Source: Prorocentrum cordatum
Taxonomy: Eukaryota
Direction of reading: 5' to 3'
Length of the DNA stretch: 64,000 nt
NCBI GenBank assembly: GCA_963575745.1
Contig: CAUYUJ010000070.1
Span: forward strand, 496,001-560,000
The position numbers and the translations under genes were made by a program. Below the pieces are notes generated by a model. That model had not been told where the DNA came from. It did no database searches and saw only the letters and a program-made list of their open reading frames with translations. Shown here piece by piece: positions 38,362 through 51,300 of this stretch. Every line of letters starts with the position of its first letter. The stretch's first letter is position 1.

Positions 38362-38815
38362 TTGAAAAACGAATGCGCGCGGCGCTGAAGCGAGAGTCTC
38401 ATTTCGAAAATGAACCGCCCTCCATCCGTGAAGCCTTTGCGTAAAATTGAAAACAAGTGCGCGCGGCGCTAAAGCGAGAGCCACAATGTGAAAAAGAACC
38501 GCCCTCCGCCTGGAGAGCTCGTCCAACGTTTTAAAACGAATGCGCGCGGCGCTAAACCGAAAGCCAGAGTTTGAAAAGGAACCGCCCTCTACGCGCGGCG
38601 CTAAGGCGAGAGCCAATTTGAAAACCACCCGCCCTCAATCCGTGAAGCTATTCTAACTTTGTTAAAGAAAAATTCATTCCCGCGGGGCTAAAGCGAGAGC
38701 CACATGTTGAAAACCACCCGCCCTCAATCCGTGAAAACCTTGCAAATGTTTAAAATCAATGCGCGCTGCGCTAAAGCGCGAGCCACATTTTGAAAACCAC
38801 CCGCCCTCCATATGT
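38362..38815. repeat. About 60-bp degenerate tandem repeat (gcgcgcggcgctaaagcgagagcca...gaaaa..accgccctc); related inverted copies at about 20480-20740 and 21590-21620
   Basis: The repeated motif is directly visible. Confidence 0.8.
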
Positions 38816-39498
38816 GAGACGGTTGCCATTTGCGATGTTTCAGAATCATATTTTGTGTGGAAATCTCCGGCGAAACGCCCGGCAACCCCTAGAAACTGGC
38901 CTCGGGGTGCGACGGTGCGACAGGAGAAGTTATGTATAAGGAGAAGGAATGAAGGAGGAGGAAGAGGAAGAGGAGGAGGAGGAGGAGGATCAGGATCAGG
39001 ACCAGAGCTCCGAAGAACTTCCAGCTACGGGATTGAAACCAGGCTTGGAGGAAAAAACCAGGAAGCGGGGTCCAGCTCAGGGCAGGAGCGCCTCCGAGAT
39101 TCACGCCGAAAGCTAGCGTCCTGAACCCCAACGACCGCCTCGGGAACGCATCATCCAAGACGGAGCCCAGCAGGAGCGAGAGGAGGGAGAGACGACGACG
39201 ACAGACGGACGGCGGCGAACAGCGACGGCGACACGAGGGCCCAGGGACCCGAAGGGAGGGGGGAGGGTTCAAGCACCTGCTCGAATTCCTTTCTAACTAG
39301 TGTCAGAATCTGGCGGCTCTGAAACATAACTTGATATTCGGGGTGCCCTTTTCGGACCCCCCGCTTCTCGAAAGAAGTATTTACACAAACCGCATCGGGG
39401 GCCTCGCGCTTCCGAGCTTCCCAGGACTCAGCCGACGAAGGAGGACCGCGCCTAGGGCTTCGAGTTCGGGGTCTCCGCGCCGAGGAAGAGAGAGGAGG

Positions 39499-39880
39499 GG
39501 CCGCCGTCGATCCACTGAGTCTCGCAGCAGCACTGGGGGTCATAGAAGTAGGCGCCGCCGTCGATCCCCTGGGTCTCGCAGCAGCACTGGCGCCCGTAGA
39601 AGTAGGCGCCGCCGTCGATCCTCGAAGCAGCACTGGGACGCGTAGAGGAGAGGGAGTGGCCGCCGTCGATCTAAAGGCGAACTCCCGGAAACAAGATGGC
39701 CCCGTCCCGTTTCCAGAGCCTGGCGTCGGAAACGATCCTGGGGGTCTCGTAGCAGCACTGGGGCCCGTAGATCCCGTCAGAGTGGCCGCCGTCGATCCAC
39801 TGGGTCTCGCAGCAGCACTGGGGAGGGACCGCAATAGTAGGATTGGCCGCCGTCGATCCGCTAGGTCTCGCAGCAGTCTC
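39499..39880. repeat. About 55-60 bp minisatellite with conserved core GCCGCCGTCGATCC.CTGGGTCTCGCAGCAGCACTGG
   Basis: Six to seven copies of the core separated by variable linkers. Confidence 0.85.
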
Positions 39881-40076
39881 GGCACAGAGGTCAAGGTCAG
39901 AGTCGGGGGTCTCAAAGAACAGGACGAGATCGGAGCACGGGCCGAGGGAGACGGCAATGATCGTTGAACCCGCTCATTGCCAGGAGGGGGCGCCATATCA
40001 GCATCATGAATTGAACCGCTCAAAACACGATCAGCACCCATTAAATGAGGAACGCCTCGAGCCCCACCACCAGCAC

Positions 40077-40795
40077 TCACAACGTCGGGAACGCTTCGAC
40101 CCCGCTCTCAAACAACGCGTGGAACGCCTCGATCACTATCGGCACTCTCTGGTCCGCGAACGCCTCGAGCCAATCCTGGGGCTCGCGCTCCACGTGGGTG
40201 GGCGGCGCACGGCCCTGCTTCAGCCCCGCCCCCGTCTGTGCAAAGCTGTCGAGGACAGCCTTGCGGATCTCGGGGTCGAGGTGCAAGAGCACCTGCTTTG
40301 TGCTCTGGGCGTAGCACCTGTCCATCTTACAGAACTTGATTTTGTCGGCTTTGATCGCGATGTCCACCTGGTCGATCCGCCCGCGCAACTCGGCAAGCTT
40401 CTTCGCGCTGGCGGCCCCCACTGCGCCCTCCATCTCCATCGGGCCCAACTGGGGGCCGCCGAACACCCGCAAATGTGGAGGCCCCAAGTTGCGGCCGCGA
40501 CCCTGCGCCGCGACCGCGTCCGAGCACCTGCTGCCCATCTCGCTCATCTTGGTCGCTTCGTGCCCGTTCGAGTCGACGAGGATGCAATCAGAAATGGCGC
40601 CTTCCACATTCCTCTTCGATTGGCCAAGCTGCAGCAAGAACTTGAGGTTCAGTACCTGCAGCGTCTACTGCGCCCCCTTGAAGCCGAGTTATGTATTCCC
40701 CTCGCCGTCGGCTAGCCGGCGGACGCGCCGCGCCCCGCCCTCGCCGCCGCCAGTCGCCGCCGCCGCCGCCCCTCCGCCCGGGGCGCCGAACATCG
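40077..40795 (-). pseudogene. Unknown ORF immediately downstream of LINE D ORF2
   Basis: Protein-like text (LQLGQSKRNVEGAISDCILV...GPPHLRVFGG...KQGRAPPTHVERE) in ORF 40077..40637; a likely start MFGAPGG near 40793 is separated from it by stop codons. Confidence 0.5.
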
Positions 40796-42399
40796 CAGAG
40801 AGGTCTCTGCTGCTGAGCTCGGCGGGGCCGCGGGGTGTCTGACGCCGGCGGGCGGAGAGAGGTCCGATAATAAACTGCCACGGGTGAGGGGTGTGGAAGA
40901 TGCCGCTGCACGGCGCGCCCATTGCATTCGTCCGCGGTTTCGAAAGCTTCGTCGCAATGGGCGCATGCGATCGTGTTAGGAGCGATCTGGGGCCACGGAA
41001 GTCGAAGGTGACCGAGGCGACATCTGAGACTACCCAAAGACGATCGAACATGTTGGCGAGCACTATCTCGAGTCGAAAACGTCGAGCGACACCACGGACA
41101 TCGATTGCACATCACACGCGCGCACAGGGGGGTGCGCTTGCCATGTTCAACTCCCCGAGACTGGAACACGCGAGCTGTCAGGGCCCCGTGGGTGGGGAAT
41201 TCGGGCAACAGAGGGCCCTATTCTCGTCTCTGAGCGCGCATACGAAGGCCGTGGGTCCCCCTCCCCGTCGGGGGCGCGATCGCACGAGCAGGTCCTCGCA
41301 GGTCCCGGAAAAAACGGTCTCGCCGTCCGCCCGGGTCGCTGTCTTGAAGATCGACGGGCCAACCCGAAGCCATGCTTCTCGCGCCTCGTCGTCGCCAAAC
41401 AGGGCGACGCAAGAGTAGTTTGGTTCACTCCATCGCTCGTAAAACTCCTCGGCGCCGCTGACCCCAGCGCACGACAACAAATCGGCTTCTATTTGGCGCG
41501 CTAGAGCAGGGGTTTCTCGAGCGGGGCGCCCATGAGGGTCCGGAGCGGGAGGTCCGTCATTGAGGGTTTCCCAGAAGGCAGCAACGACCTGGGCGCGGGA
41601 CTTGGGATCTCGGGCCATCTTCTGGATCCAGACGAATCTTCTGGAGGCTCGAGCGCATCTTGCAGGAACCACCTTCCACATACGTCGAAGAACGGCGAGA
41701 AAGAGGCTAAGAGGATGGCTGCCGTTCTAGCCCGTAGCCTTGCCCCTCCACAGAACTTTGAAATACTCTGCAAAGATGGTGCCCATATGGTTCGTCATGC
41801 TTGCAGAGAAAACGTAGGCCTCGCTCGCCGATAAACCAGCTTCGGCTACGTGTCCCTAGAAAGCGAGAAGCTTCAGTTTACTGGATATGCGACTACCCCA
41901 GAGACTCTCCACTCTAGCCCAACCCGCCCGCATGGCCGAACATCTGAACTGGAGCTCCTCCATCGCTCCTAAGTTCCAAGCATGCCTACCGCCAAGATGC
42001 CGAGCCCTTGGTAAAACCTCCCCCTCCGTGGTGAGCTCCTTGAACATCTTGGTCTCATGGGTGCGACGAGAGCAAGGGGCGATCTCGCGTTCCCCCCTAA
42101 TCTGGAGGAGGCCTACCTGGTACAATTCCTCGTCGAGGGTCGCATCGCTCTGCTGCGTGAATAGGCAGGCCTCTCCAGCCTCGCCACTGTGGACAAGGGT
42201 CTCACCGACAATGCCGTCCACGAAGACGCCCGCGCCGCCGTCTATCTGTCGCGGGAAGATACCGCGCTTTAGAGCGATGATGGACTGAGCAAAGGGACGA
42301 GTCGAGCGCCAGGCGTCAAAAGGTCGCTGCATAATCATGGCGAAGATGAGCGGTTCCTCACTGGGCCCCATAAGCCCTCCACACCGACGTCTGGTAAGT

Positions 42400-42670
<271 letters not shown>

Positions 42671-44949
42671 GTCACGGATCGCACGGCGTCTAGCTTCGGG
42701 CGTAGTGGAGGCGAAAGCGTTAGACATGTCGTGTAACTTGTTGAGATGGGCTAGCTTTCGCTTCCATAGTCGATGCCCTACACGGAGCAGGACAGCTGGG
42801 GCGTCTTCTCGACGCCGATCGGGATGAAAACCATGGAAACTAACCGGCGAATCCTGAGGTCGAGAAGTCAGCCCGCGGCGGAAAGCGGCCCCATAGAAGC
42901 CCTACCAGTAGGGACAGAATACTCGTATAAAGCGTTTTCCCCCAGGTCCGCGTTTTCCGATCGGCTTCAAGATCGGGCACCCCCAGGGGAGATGGGCCAG
43001 CTCCGGAACTCGCTTCAGAAACCGAAGCCACCAATGTAGACTCTCCAGATAGGTATGCGCCAGAGAGGGGGAAGCTCACCTACTCGTTCAGCGCCCAGTC
43101 GTAGTCGGGGTTCATCTGCTCGTGAAACATAGCTGGACTCTGTCACCATCAGAAAGACTTCCGTGGGAACACTCCAAGCTGGGGCAGCTCGTCTTTTGGG
43201 GCGCTTGTTTCAGAAACCTCAGGGTACGTCGAAGATCTCGTTCGGCCCAAAACCAATGCTCCTCGTAAGTATCGAACGGCATCGCCGTCGTGCCGGCAAC
43301 CTCTGGACTATTCTCGAGTTCGGTCGCTTAGTCGATCCCCTGAGCACGCATGCCTCCCTCGCGCGGTGAACCAGCAAGATAGCTCCTCCACTCCTCCCGC
43401 GATGACTGCGGGGTGGGGACTCGGTACTTTCGATTCCTGGGCCCCCCGCAGCGAGCTGCCAGCAGGGAAAAAAAGCTGATGGGCATCAGCGCATCATCGG
43501 AGTCGATGAGCCCCGTGAATGTCTCGTTCGAGCCTACGGCGACGTTCAGCACGCTCACGTCGGACCAGTTGGCGAAGTGAGATGCGGATGTCCTGCAGCT
43601 CTTGGCACTCGGGGAAGAGGGTGGGCTGGTTTTTTCAGCACGCCCTCGCACTCCTCGCCCTGCCCCCCCAGCCGTGCCCGAGCCTCAGCTCGGAGTCGAA
43701 CCAGTTCGCGTCGGCGTTCACGAAGGCGAACGGCCTGGGGGTCCTCGGGCTTGCGCGACTGGCCGAAGACACACTGTGCACAAGAGCGCACCAGTTCTAC
43801 CCACTTCTGCCAATATTCGTCGATGTCGCCACTGTCGCCAATCGGAGAGATCTCCGCGCACTGACTGAAGGCGTCCTCAAGGGCGATTGGTGCCCTCTTG
43901 GAACGCCGCTGCCAGCTTATCACGATCCCATCGAAATGTGTCTGGGGTCTGGTTGCGATGCTGGTAGGCCGTGAACTCAACGATGATCGGGAAATTGTCT
44001 CTCGGCGCTGCACTCGGAATAAGCTGTAGGCGTCGCGCCGAGCTCCAGGGGAAAAGCGGCGTCGAATCTGACCGCGGACGGTCAAACGCATGATAATGTG
44101 ATCCATTGTGCTCGTCGGTCCGTCGAAGTGGTAATATGCCGGTCCTGCGTTCGGGCAGAAGCCGCCCACATTCATCATCTCGTGAGGAAAAAATCAGCAC
44201 CTCAAATATCTGGTATCCGATGACGGTGTGGTTGCCGAGGTTATGGCCGCCTATATTGTCGGTCGAACCCCGTTCTCGACCTCGAACTTCGGTGGAAACA
44301 ATAGCGCGCCTGTGTTCAAGCCGCCCATCACAATCGGAGTCGAACGCGCTGGAACCGATTTCGCCTGCCGAGTCGCCCAAGAAACCAACTCTCTAGATCC
44401 TTTTTCTAATGCCCGCCTCTTGCGGGCGCAGTCGTCTTTGAGCGGGGGCAAGTAAACCAGCACAATCGTCAGATCCAAGAAGCCTCGAACTAGCCGAACT
44501 GCGAGTCCTCGTCATTGGGCCGACGGAGGTGGGGTCGAAACTGTACGAATCCCCCTGCGCAGCCTCTGCGTCAGCATCAACATGCAACCTGCCGATCGGT
44601 TCGAGAACGGAGCAGCTGACCAGCCTGCCGACAAGCCATGGCATCCGCGCTCGAGCTGCCATTCCTGAACTGGATAACCTGGAGGTGCCCGAAGACGTGT
44701 GCCTGCCAAGCCGATTATGTCTGCATGCATATCTCGCCATATATCCGAAGGGCGATCTACCTCCACCAGCGAGAGAGGATTGTATAGTGCCACCATGAGA
44801 ACAGAACCCATGGGCCCACAAGGGCTAGTGCGTCCCGTGACGTTGCCACCCTGAGATCGTGAGCGGCGAAGCCACAGGAAATGCATTATGGAAGAGAGCG
44901 CGGTACAATACATGGATGCTGCATGGTGTGGGGTTTGTGCCAGGAGCAG

Positions 44950-44971
44950 CTTGAGCCAAAATGGGTACGGG
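44950..44971 (-). other. Genomic DinoSL copy at the 5' end of LINE D
   Basis: Minus strand CCCGTACCCATTTTGGCTCAAG: 20/22 match to DinoSL, with the last 15 nt perfect; about 150 nt upstream of the endonuclease N-terminus. Confidence 0.88.
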
Positions 44972-46364
44972 TGAGGCTTACACACTAGGCGCGGGGCTCC
45001 TGAGGACCGTGGGCGAAGTTGCACCTGTTGCCTGCGGCGCAGGGGGGGTGGGCGGGGCAGGAACGACTGGTTTGGCAAGAATCCGGCGGGGGGAGGGGGG
45101 GTGCAGAGAGGATCGTTAGAGGTCGGAGACGCAGAGGGACGAGGACTCCTGGCTGGAACAGCTGGACTGCGGCGAGTCATCGCGGGGAGCAGTAGGAAGA
45201 ATCGGGGAGAGGGAGGGACAAAGGAAAGGGGGAAGAAGGCAGGGAGACAGGGGAAGGGAGCGGGAAAAGAGGAGGGAAGGTGGAAGGGGGGAGGGGGAAA
45301 GGGGAGAGGGGATAGGGGAATAAGGACAGTGGGGGGGGAGAGGGAAAGGGCAAGGGGGGGAGAGGGGAAGGGAAAGGGGGGGAAGGGGACGGTGGAGGGA
45401 TGAAAGGAATGAAGGGCAGGGGAGACGGGAGGGAGAGCTGGATGGAGAGGGCGACGCTTGACGCAGCAAGCGGCAAATGTTACGACATACACAGCAGCAA
45501 ATCCATAAATATGGCTGCAACGCACATGCAGGCTGCCATGGCACGTTATCAACAGACCTACGTGCTAAGCAAGGCTCTGATCTTAGAGAGCGGAGCAGAG
45601 ACACCTCACAATCTGAAATCAGATTTGCCACTATAGACATCCACGGCGCGATTCATGGATTGTCGGCCAAGAAAACGGTCCAGATCGTTCTCGACGCCTG
45701 CTGACAGTATATGCTGTGAAGCTCCGCCCGATGTTGCGACGCCTCTGAAAGCCAGTAGTCCCATCAGCAGTGCCTTGGATCGGAGCCGCTGCAGGAAAGG
45801 AACCATCTAGATGCAAAGGAATGCGGATGGCTAGCTTTACTTGTGATGGCCGGGTAGAAATGGCGAGAGCAGAGCAACACATTACAATCCGAGATGAAGC
45901 AGACTCGACTCAAGCACGCGTTGGCAGCAATGGGAGCGCGGCACCCAGTCTGCACTGGCGATTCTCCCAGCGGGCGCATATCCTCGGCGCGGCAACGGCA
46001 GCGCTCATTTTGACAAGAGCCACTGAGGGGATGGGGATTTTCAGGAGGTAGCGTCAAGCAAAAAGGGAAAGATAAAAAAGATAAAAAGCGAGAAGAGCGA
46101 GAGAGAGAGAGAGAGACAGCATAACATAACACAGGAGGGGGGAGGGCAGAATACACGATGTGCCATCTCCCGCGAATCATACTGCAGCCCCCCCCCCCAA
46201 AAAAATACAAAAAACAGGCGAACCCGGGCGACATAGCTGGTCGATGCCATTGCAGTCCGACCAGCCCGCTGGGCTTCCAGGATTGGGACGGGGTTGCCCG
46301 TCCATAGGACCACAGGGGCGCGGGTGGTCAGGGTCACCTTGGCCTCAATGGCTCCAAGATGGCC

Positions 46365-46830
46365 TCTCCCTCCTCCTCCTCCTCCTCCTCCTCCTCCTCC
46401 TCCTCCTCCTCCTCCTCCTCCTCCTCCTCCTCTTCGTCCGCCTCCGCCTCCTCTCTCCTTCCCCCTCTCTGTCACTATCAACTCCCTCCTCCCCACACAC
46501 CCCCATACCCCTCCTCGCGCCCCCTCCTCCTCGTGATCCTCCTCCACCACCACCTCCTCCTCCTCCTCCTCCTCCTTCTCCTGCTACCCCTCCTCCTCCT
46601 CCTCCTTCTCCTGCTACCCCTCCTCCTCCTGCTTCTCCTCTCTTCCTCCTCATCCTCCTCCTCCTCCTCCCTCTCCTCCTCCTCCTCTCCTCCTCCCTCC
46701 TCTTTCTCCTCCTCCTCCTCTCCTCCTCCTCCTCCTCATCATCATCATCCAGCGGCAGCAGCATCATCATAACCACCACCACCACCCCCCACCACCACCA
46801 CATCATCATCATCATCATCATCATCATCAT

Positions 46831-46865
<35 letters not shown>

Positions 46866-46872
46866 CCTCCTC

Positions 46873-46926
<54 letters not shown>

Positions 46927-47181
46927 GCATCATCATCATCATCATCATCATCAGCATCAGCATCAGCATCAGCATCAGCATCAGCATCATCAGCATCATC
47001 ATCATCATCATCATCAGCAGCATCATCATCATCATCATCATCAGCATCATCATCATCAGCATCATCATCATCATCATCAGCATCATCAGCATCATCATCC
47101 TCATCATCACATCATCATCATCATCATCATCATCATCATAATCATCACCATCATCATCGTCATCATCATCAGCATCATCAG

Positions 47182-47219
<38 letters not shown>

Positions 47220-47346
47220 GCATCAGCAGCAGCATCAGCATCAGCAGCATCATCATCATCAGCATCATCATCGTCGTCATCATCATCATAATCATCATCG
47301 TCATCATCATCATCACCATCATCATCATTAGCATCAGCATCATCAT

Positions 47347-47378
<32 letters not shown>

Positions 47379-47397
47379 TCATCATCAACAACAGCAA

Positions 47398-47437
<40 letters not shown>

Positions 47438-48052
47438 GCCATCATCATCATCATCATCGTCATCATCATCATCAGCAACATCATCATCAGCATCTTCATC
47501 ATCAGCATCATCATCATCATCATCAACCTCATCATCATCAGCAGCATCAGCATCAGCATCATCATCAGCAGCAGCATATTCATCGTAATCGTCATCATCA
47601 TCGTCGTCATCATCATCAGCATCATCATCGTCAGCAGCATCATCATCATTATAATCATCATCATCATCATCATCATCAGCATAATCATCATCAGCATCAT
47701 CATCAGCATCCTCATCAGCATCATCATCACCATCAGCATCATCATCAGCGGCGGCATCATCATCATCCGCGCCATCCTCCTCCTCCTCCTCATCATCATT
47801 ATCATCATCCGCCTCCTCCTCCTCATTCTCCTCCGCCTCCTCCTCCTTCTCCTGCTCCTCCTCCTCCTCCTCCACCTCCTCCCCGTCCTCTCACTCCACC
47901 TCCTCCTCCTACTCCTCCTCCTCCTCATCCTCCTCCTCTTCCTCCTCCTCCTCATCATCGTCTCTCCCCCCGCCTTCTTCATCTTGGTCGCCCTTCTCCT
48001 CACCCACCCCCATGCCCACACCCTCGAAGCGTCGTCCTCCGCCTTCCCCCAC

Positions 48053-48086
<34 letters not shown>

Positions 48087-48615
48087 AGATCCAGCCTTCC
48101 ATATCCTGCTCATCCGTCTCCGCCTCGCCCAGCCCCCCTCGTCTCCTCGGTAATCGTCATACTTCTCCCCCCCCTCGTCTCCTCGGTAATCGTTATCCTT
48201 CTCCTCACCTCACCCCCCCTGTTCCGTCCTGGTCTTGAACCTGCGCATGTCGAGGTTGGGATTGTTGCTGTGCCCGCTCTGCTGCTTGGGGCCAGGCCCT
48301 CGGCGTCGCGCGGCCGGCGGTGCCGAGGAAAGCGCAGCGGTGGAGGGAGGCGGGAGGGAGGCGCTGGAGCAAAGGATGGGCTGCACAGTGCGCGCTGCCC
48401 TCGACCTCCGCGCACGCTGGCGTCGATGGCTCGAGGCAGGGCTCTCCTGCACGCTTGCGCGCGCGGGCAGGTCGCGGCACAGACCGTGGGCAAGGGCGAG
48501 TCTTCTTGTTAGTCCTCCTCCTCCTCCTCCTCCTCCTTCTCCTCCTCCTCCTCCTCAACATCATCAGCATCATCATCAGCATCATCATCAGCATCAGCAT
48601 CAGCATCATCATCAG

Positions 48616-48669
<54 letters not shown>

Positions 48670-48795
48670 CATCATCCCCATCATCACCACCACCACTACC
48701 ACAATAAGCATCCGCATTAGCATCAGCATCAGCATCATCATCATCATCATCAGCAGCAGCATCAGCATCATCACCATCAGCATGAGCATGAGCAT

Positions 48796-48826
<31 letters not shown>

Positions 48827-49120
48827 ATCAGCATCAGCAGCATCATCAGCATCAGCAGCATTCTCATCAACAGCCTCATCATCACCACCATCACCCTCAC
48901 CATCATAATCATAACCAACATCAACAACATCAACAGCCTCATCATCATCAGCAGCATAATCATCTTCAACACCATCATCAGCAGCAGCATCATCATCCAC
49001 AGCAGCATCATCATCATAACAATAATCAGCATCATCATGATCAGCAGACTCTGCATCATCATCAGCAGCATCAGCATCATCATCATCACCGTCATCGTCA
49101 ACATCATCATCAGCATCATT
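46365..49120. repeat. Long (CCT)n/(CAT)n/(CAG)n low-complexity tracts (46365-47960 and 48513-49120)
   Basis: Directly visible. Confidence 0.95.
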
Positions 49121-49364
49121 TTTCCCCCTGACACTGTCCAGCAAGGGAGGCGTTGACAGGGAAAAGACAAGAGGATCCGATGCGCGGGGGGCGACAAAGG
49201 CAACACTTGTGAACATGTAAATGTACATGTCTGTATATATATGTATGTATATATACACAAATGTGTATGAACAAGAGATATAAATATACATATACAAGAG
49301 GGAGAGAGAGAGAGAGGGTAGAGAGAGAGAGAGAGACAACAACAAAAACGATAAACAAACAAAA

Positions 49365-50599
49365 CTGGCGAAGGACCAAACCAACATGAAAGTGTGCGTA
49401 CCGCAGTTGTGAGCCCCGCGTCTGGTGGAGGTTCCTGTGGGGCAACCAAATGCGTGACGTGTGTACCGACATGGGTGCGGTGGCGCCATGCGAACCGTGC
49501 CGCTGAGGGATTCGGTGGAGTTCCCTATGGGGCAGCGAGGCGTGTGAGGGGCGTGGCGAAATGGGCGCGGTGGCGCCAAGCGAGCCCTGCTTCTGGGGCC
49601 CTCGGTGGAGCTCCCTATGGGGCCACGGAACGTGTGAGGGGTGTGCCGAAATTTGTGCGGTGGCGCCATGCGAACTCTGCCACTGGGGCCGTTGGTGGAA
49701 CTCCTTATGGGGCCACAAAGCGTGTGAGGGGTGCGCCGAAATGGGTGCGGTGACGCCATGCGAACTCTGCCACGAGGCTTTCGGTGGAGTTCCCCATGGG
49801 GCCACGAAACGTGTGAGGGGTGTGCCGACATGGGTGCGGTGGCGCCATGCGAACCGTGCCGCTGAGGGATTCGGTGGAGCTCCCTATGGGGCAACGAAAC
49901 GTGTGAGGGGCGTGACGAAATGGGCGGTGGCGCCAAGCGATCCCTGCCACTGGGGTCTTCGGTGGAACCCCCTATGGGGTCACGAAATATGTGAGGGTCG
50001 TGCCGAAATGGGTGCGGCGGCGCCAAGCGACCCCTGCCACTGGGGCCTCCGGTGGAACTCCCTATGGGGCCACGAAGCGTGAGAGAGTACCGAATTTGGT
50101 GCGGTGGCGCCATGCGAACCCTGCCACTGAAGCTTTTGGTGGAACTCCCTATGGGGCCACGAAACGTGTGGGGGGCCTGCCGAAAGTTGCGCAATGGCGC
50201 CATGCGAACAGTGCCACTGGGGCCTTCGGTGGAGCTCCGTGGGGGGGCACCATATGCGTGAGGGTGTGCCGGCATGGGCGCGGTGGCGTAGCACCATGCG
50301 AGCCCTGCCACTGGGGCCTCCGGTGGAACTCCGCATGGGGCCGCGACTCGTGTGAGGGGTGTGCCGATCTGGGTGCATCGGCGCCACGCGAGCCCTGCCA
50401 TTGGGGCTTTCGGCGGCGCCCCCTTTTATGGGGCCACGAAAAAATGTGTTGGGTGTGCCGAAACGGAGACACGCGGAGGGCAGAGGCAAGGAGGGGGAGG
50501 AGGGAGGAGGGGAGGGAGCGCGGGAGGTGAGGTGAGGTGCGGAACGCGGGGCGTTCTGTTCAAAGCGAGGACCCAACACAACAGGACGGTTGGGAAAAA
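49365..50599 (-). mobile_element. DINE-1/Helentron-like element, copy 2, with diverged 90-bp-family array (about 49430-50465)
   Basis: Reverse-complemented satellite units (gtgtgaggggtgtgccgaaatggg...ggtggagctccctatggggccacgaaac) with the same head (gaggacccaacac..caggac/tggttgggaaaaa) and tail (ctggcgaagg/a..gtaccgcag) as copy 1. Confidence 0.65.
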
Positions 50600-51300
50600 G
50601 GAGAGATAAAAAGAGGAAAGCCCAAATGCGCAGTCTGGGTCCTTACAAAATGGAACTCAGCCAGCGCGGCCTGGATGTCAGGTAACTGCTGCTCGACCGC
50701 GGAGTCTCGGCTCTCAAGCGCTGGCATGCGCCCGTCTATTGCATCAAGACGTTGAGCAATCACAGCTTGCCGTGCAACTCGGACGTGGTTGTGGTCTTAT
50801 CACTGTGGAGGCTGGCAGTGGTCACATCAACATGATCACGAAGCGCCATGTGGTCATCACGGAGCTGTTGATCCGTAGTCGCATGTACCTCAATGGCAGG
50901 AACCTGCCGCAATGCCAGGATCTCGTCGCGCAGGGCCCTGACAACAGCAGCGCCCGCATCCCTGACGCTCACAAGCTGCGCCTCCACGGCGAGGAGGAAG
51001 TCGCGCAGCGTCTGGATGGCAATGGAGTCGGCACCTCGGCGTGACTCCACACGGTCAACTTGGCACTGGACCTTATTCAGGATCGATCGATCCTCGGCGA
51101 CACGAGCGTCGACCAGGGCAAGAGCATGCTGCATATCTTGCCTCAAGTTTGCTGCCTGTGCCGCGTGATCGGCGACTGCGGCAGCAAGACCCAAAAACCG
51201 CTGGGTCGCGCAAGTCTCAACCGGGTCTCTGAGCCCTGCCAAATCACTGGCGGGGGGCGACGCTTGCGGCGCGATGTCGCGCCGCAGGAGGCTCTCAGAA
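50600..51300 (-). pseudogene. Coiled-coil coding remnant (ORF1/gag-like?), truncated at the satellite element
   Basis: The C-terminal half of ORF 50760..51932 and ORF 50560..50763 are heptad-rich (LRQDMQHALALVD...LRDEILALRQ...LDAIDGRMPALESR). Confidence 0.4.

Noticed and set aside
46338..46365. Possible tandem SL relics (GCCATCTTGG-AGCCATTGAGGCCAAG)
   Set aside because: Too degenerate to support.
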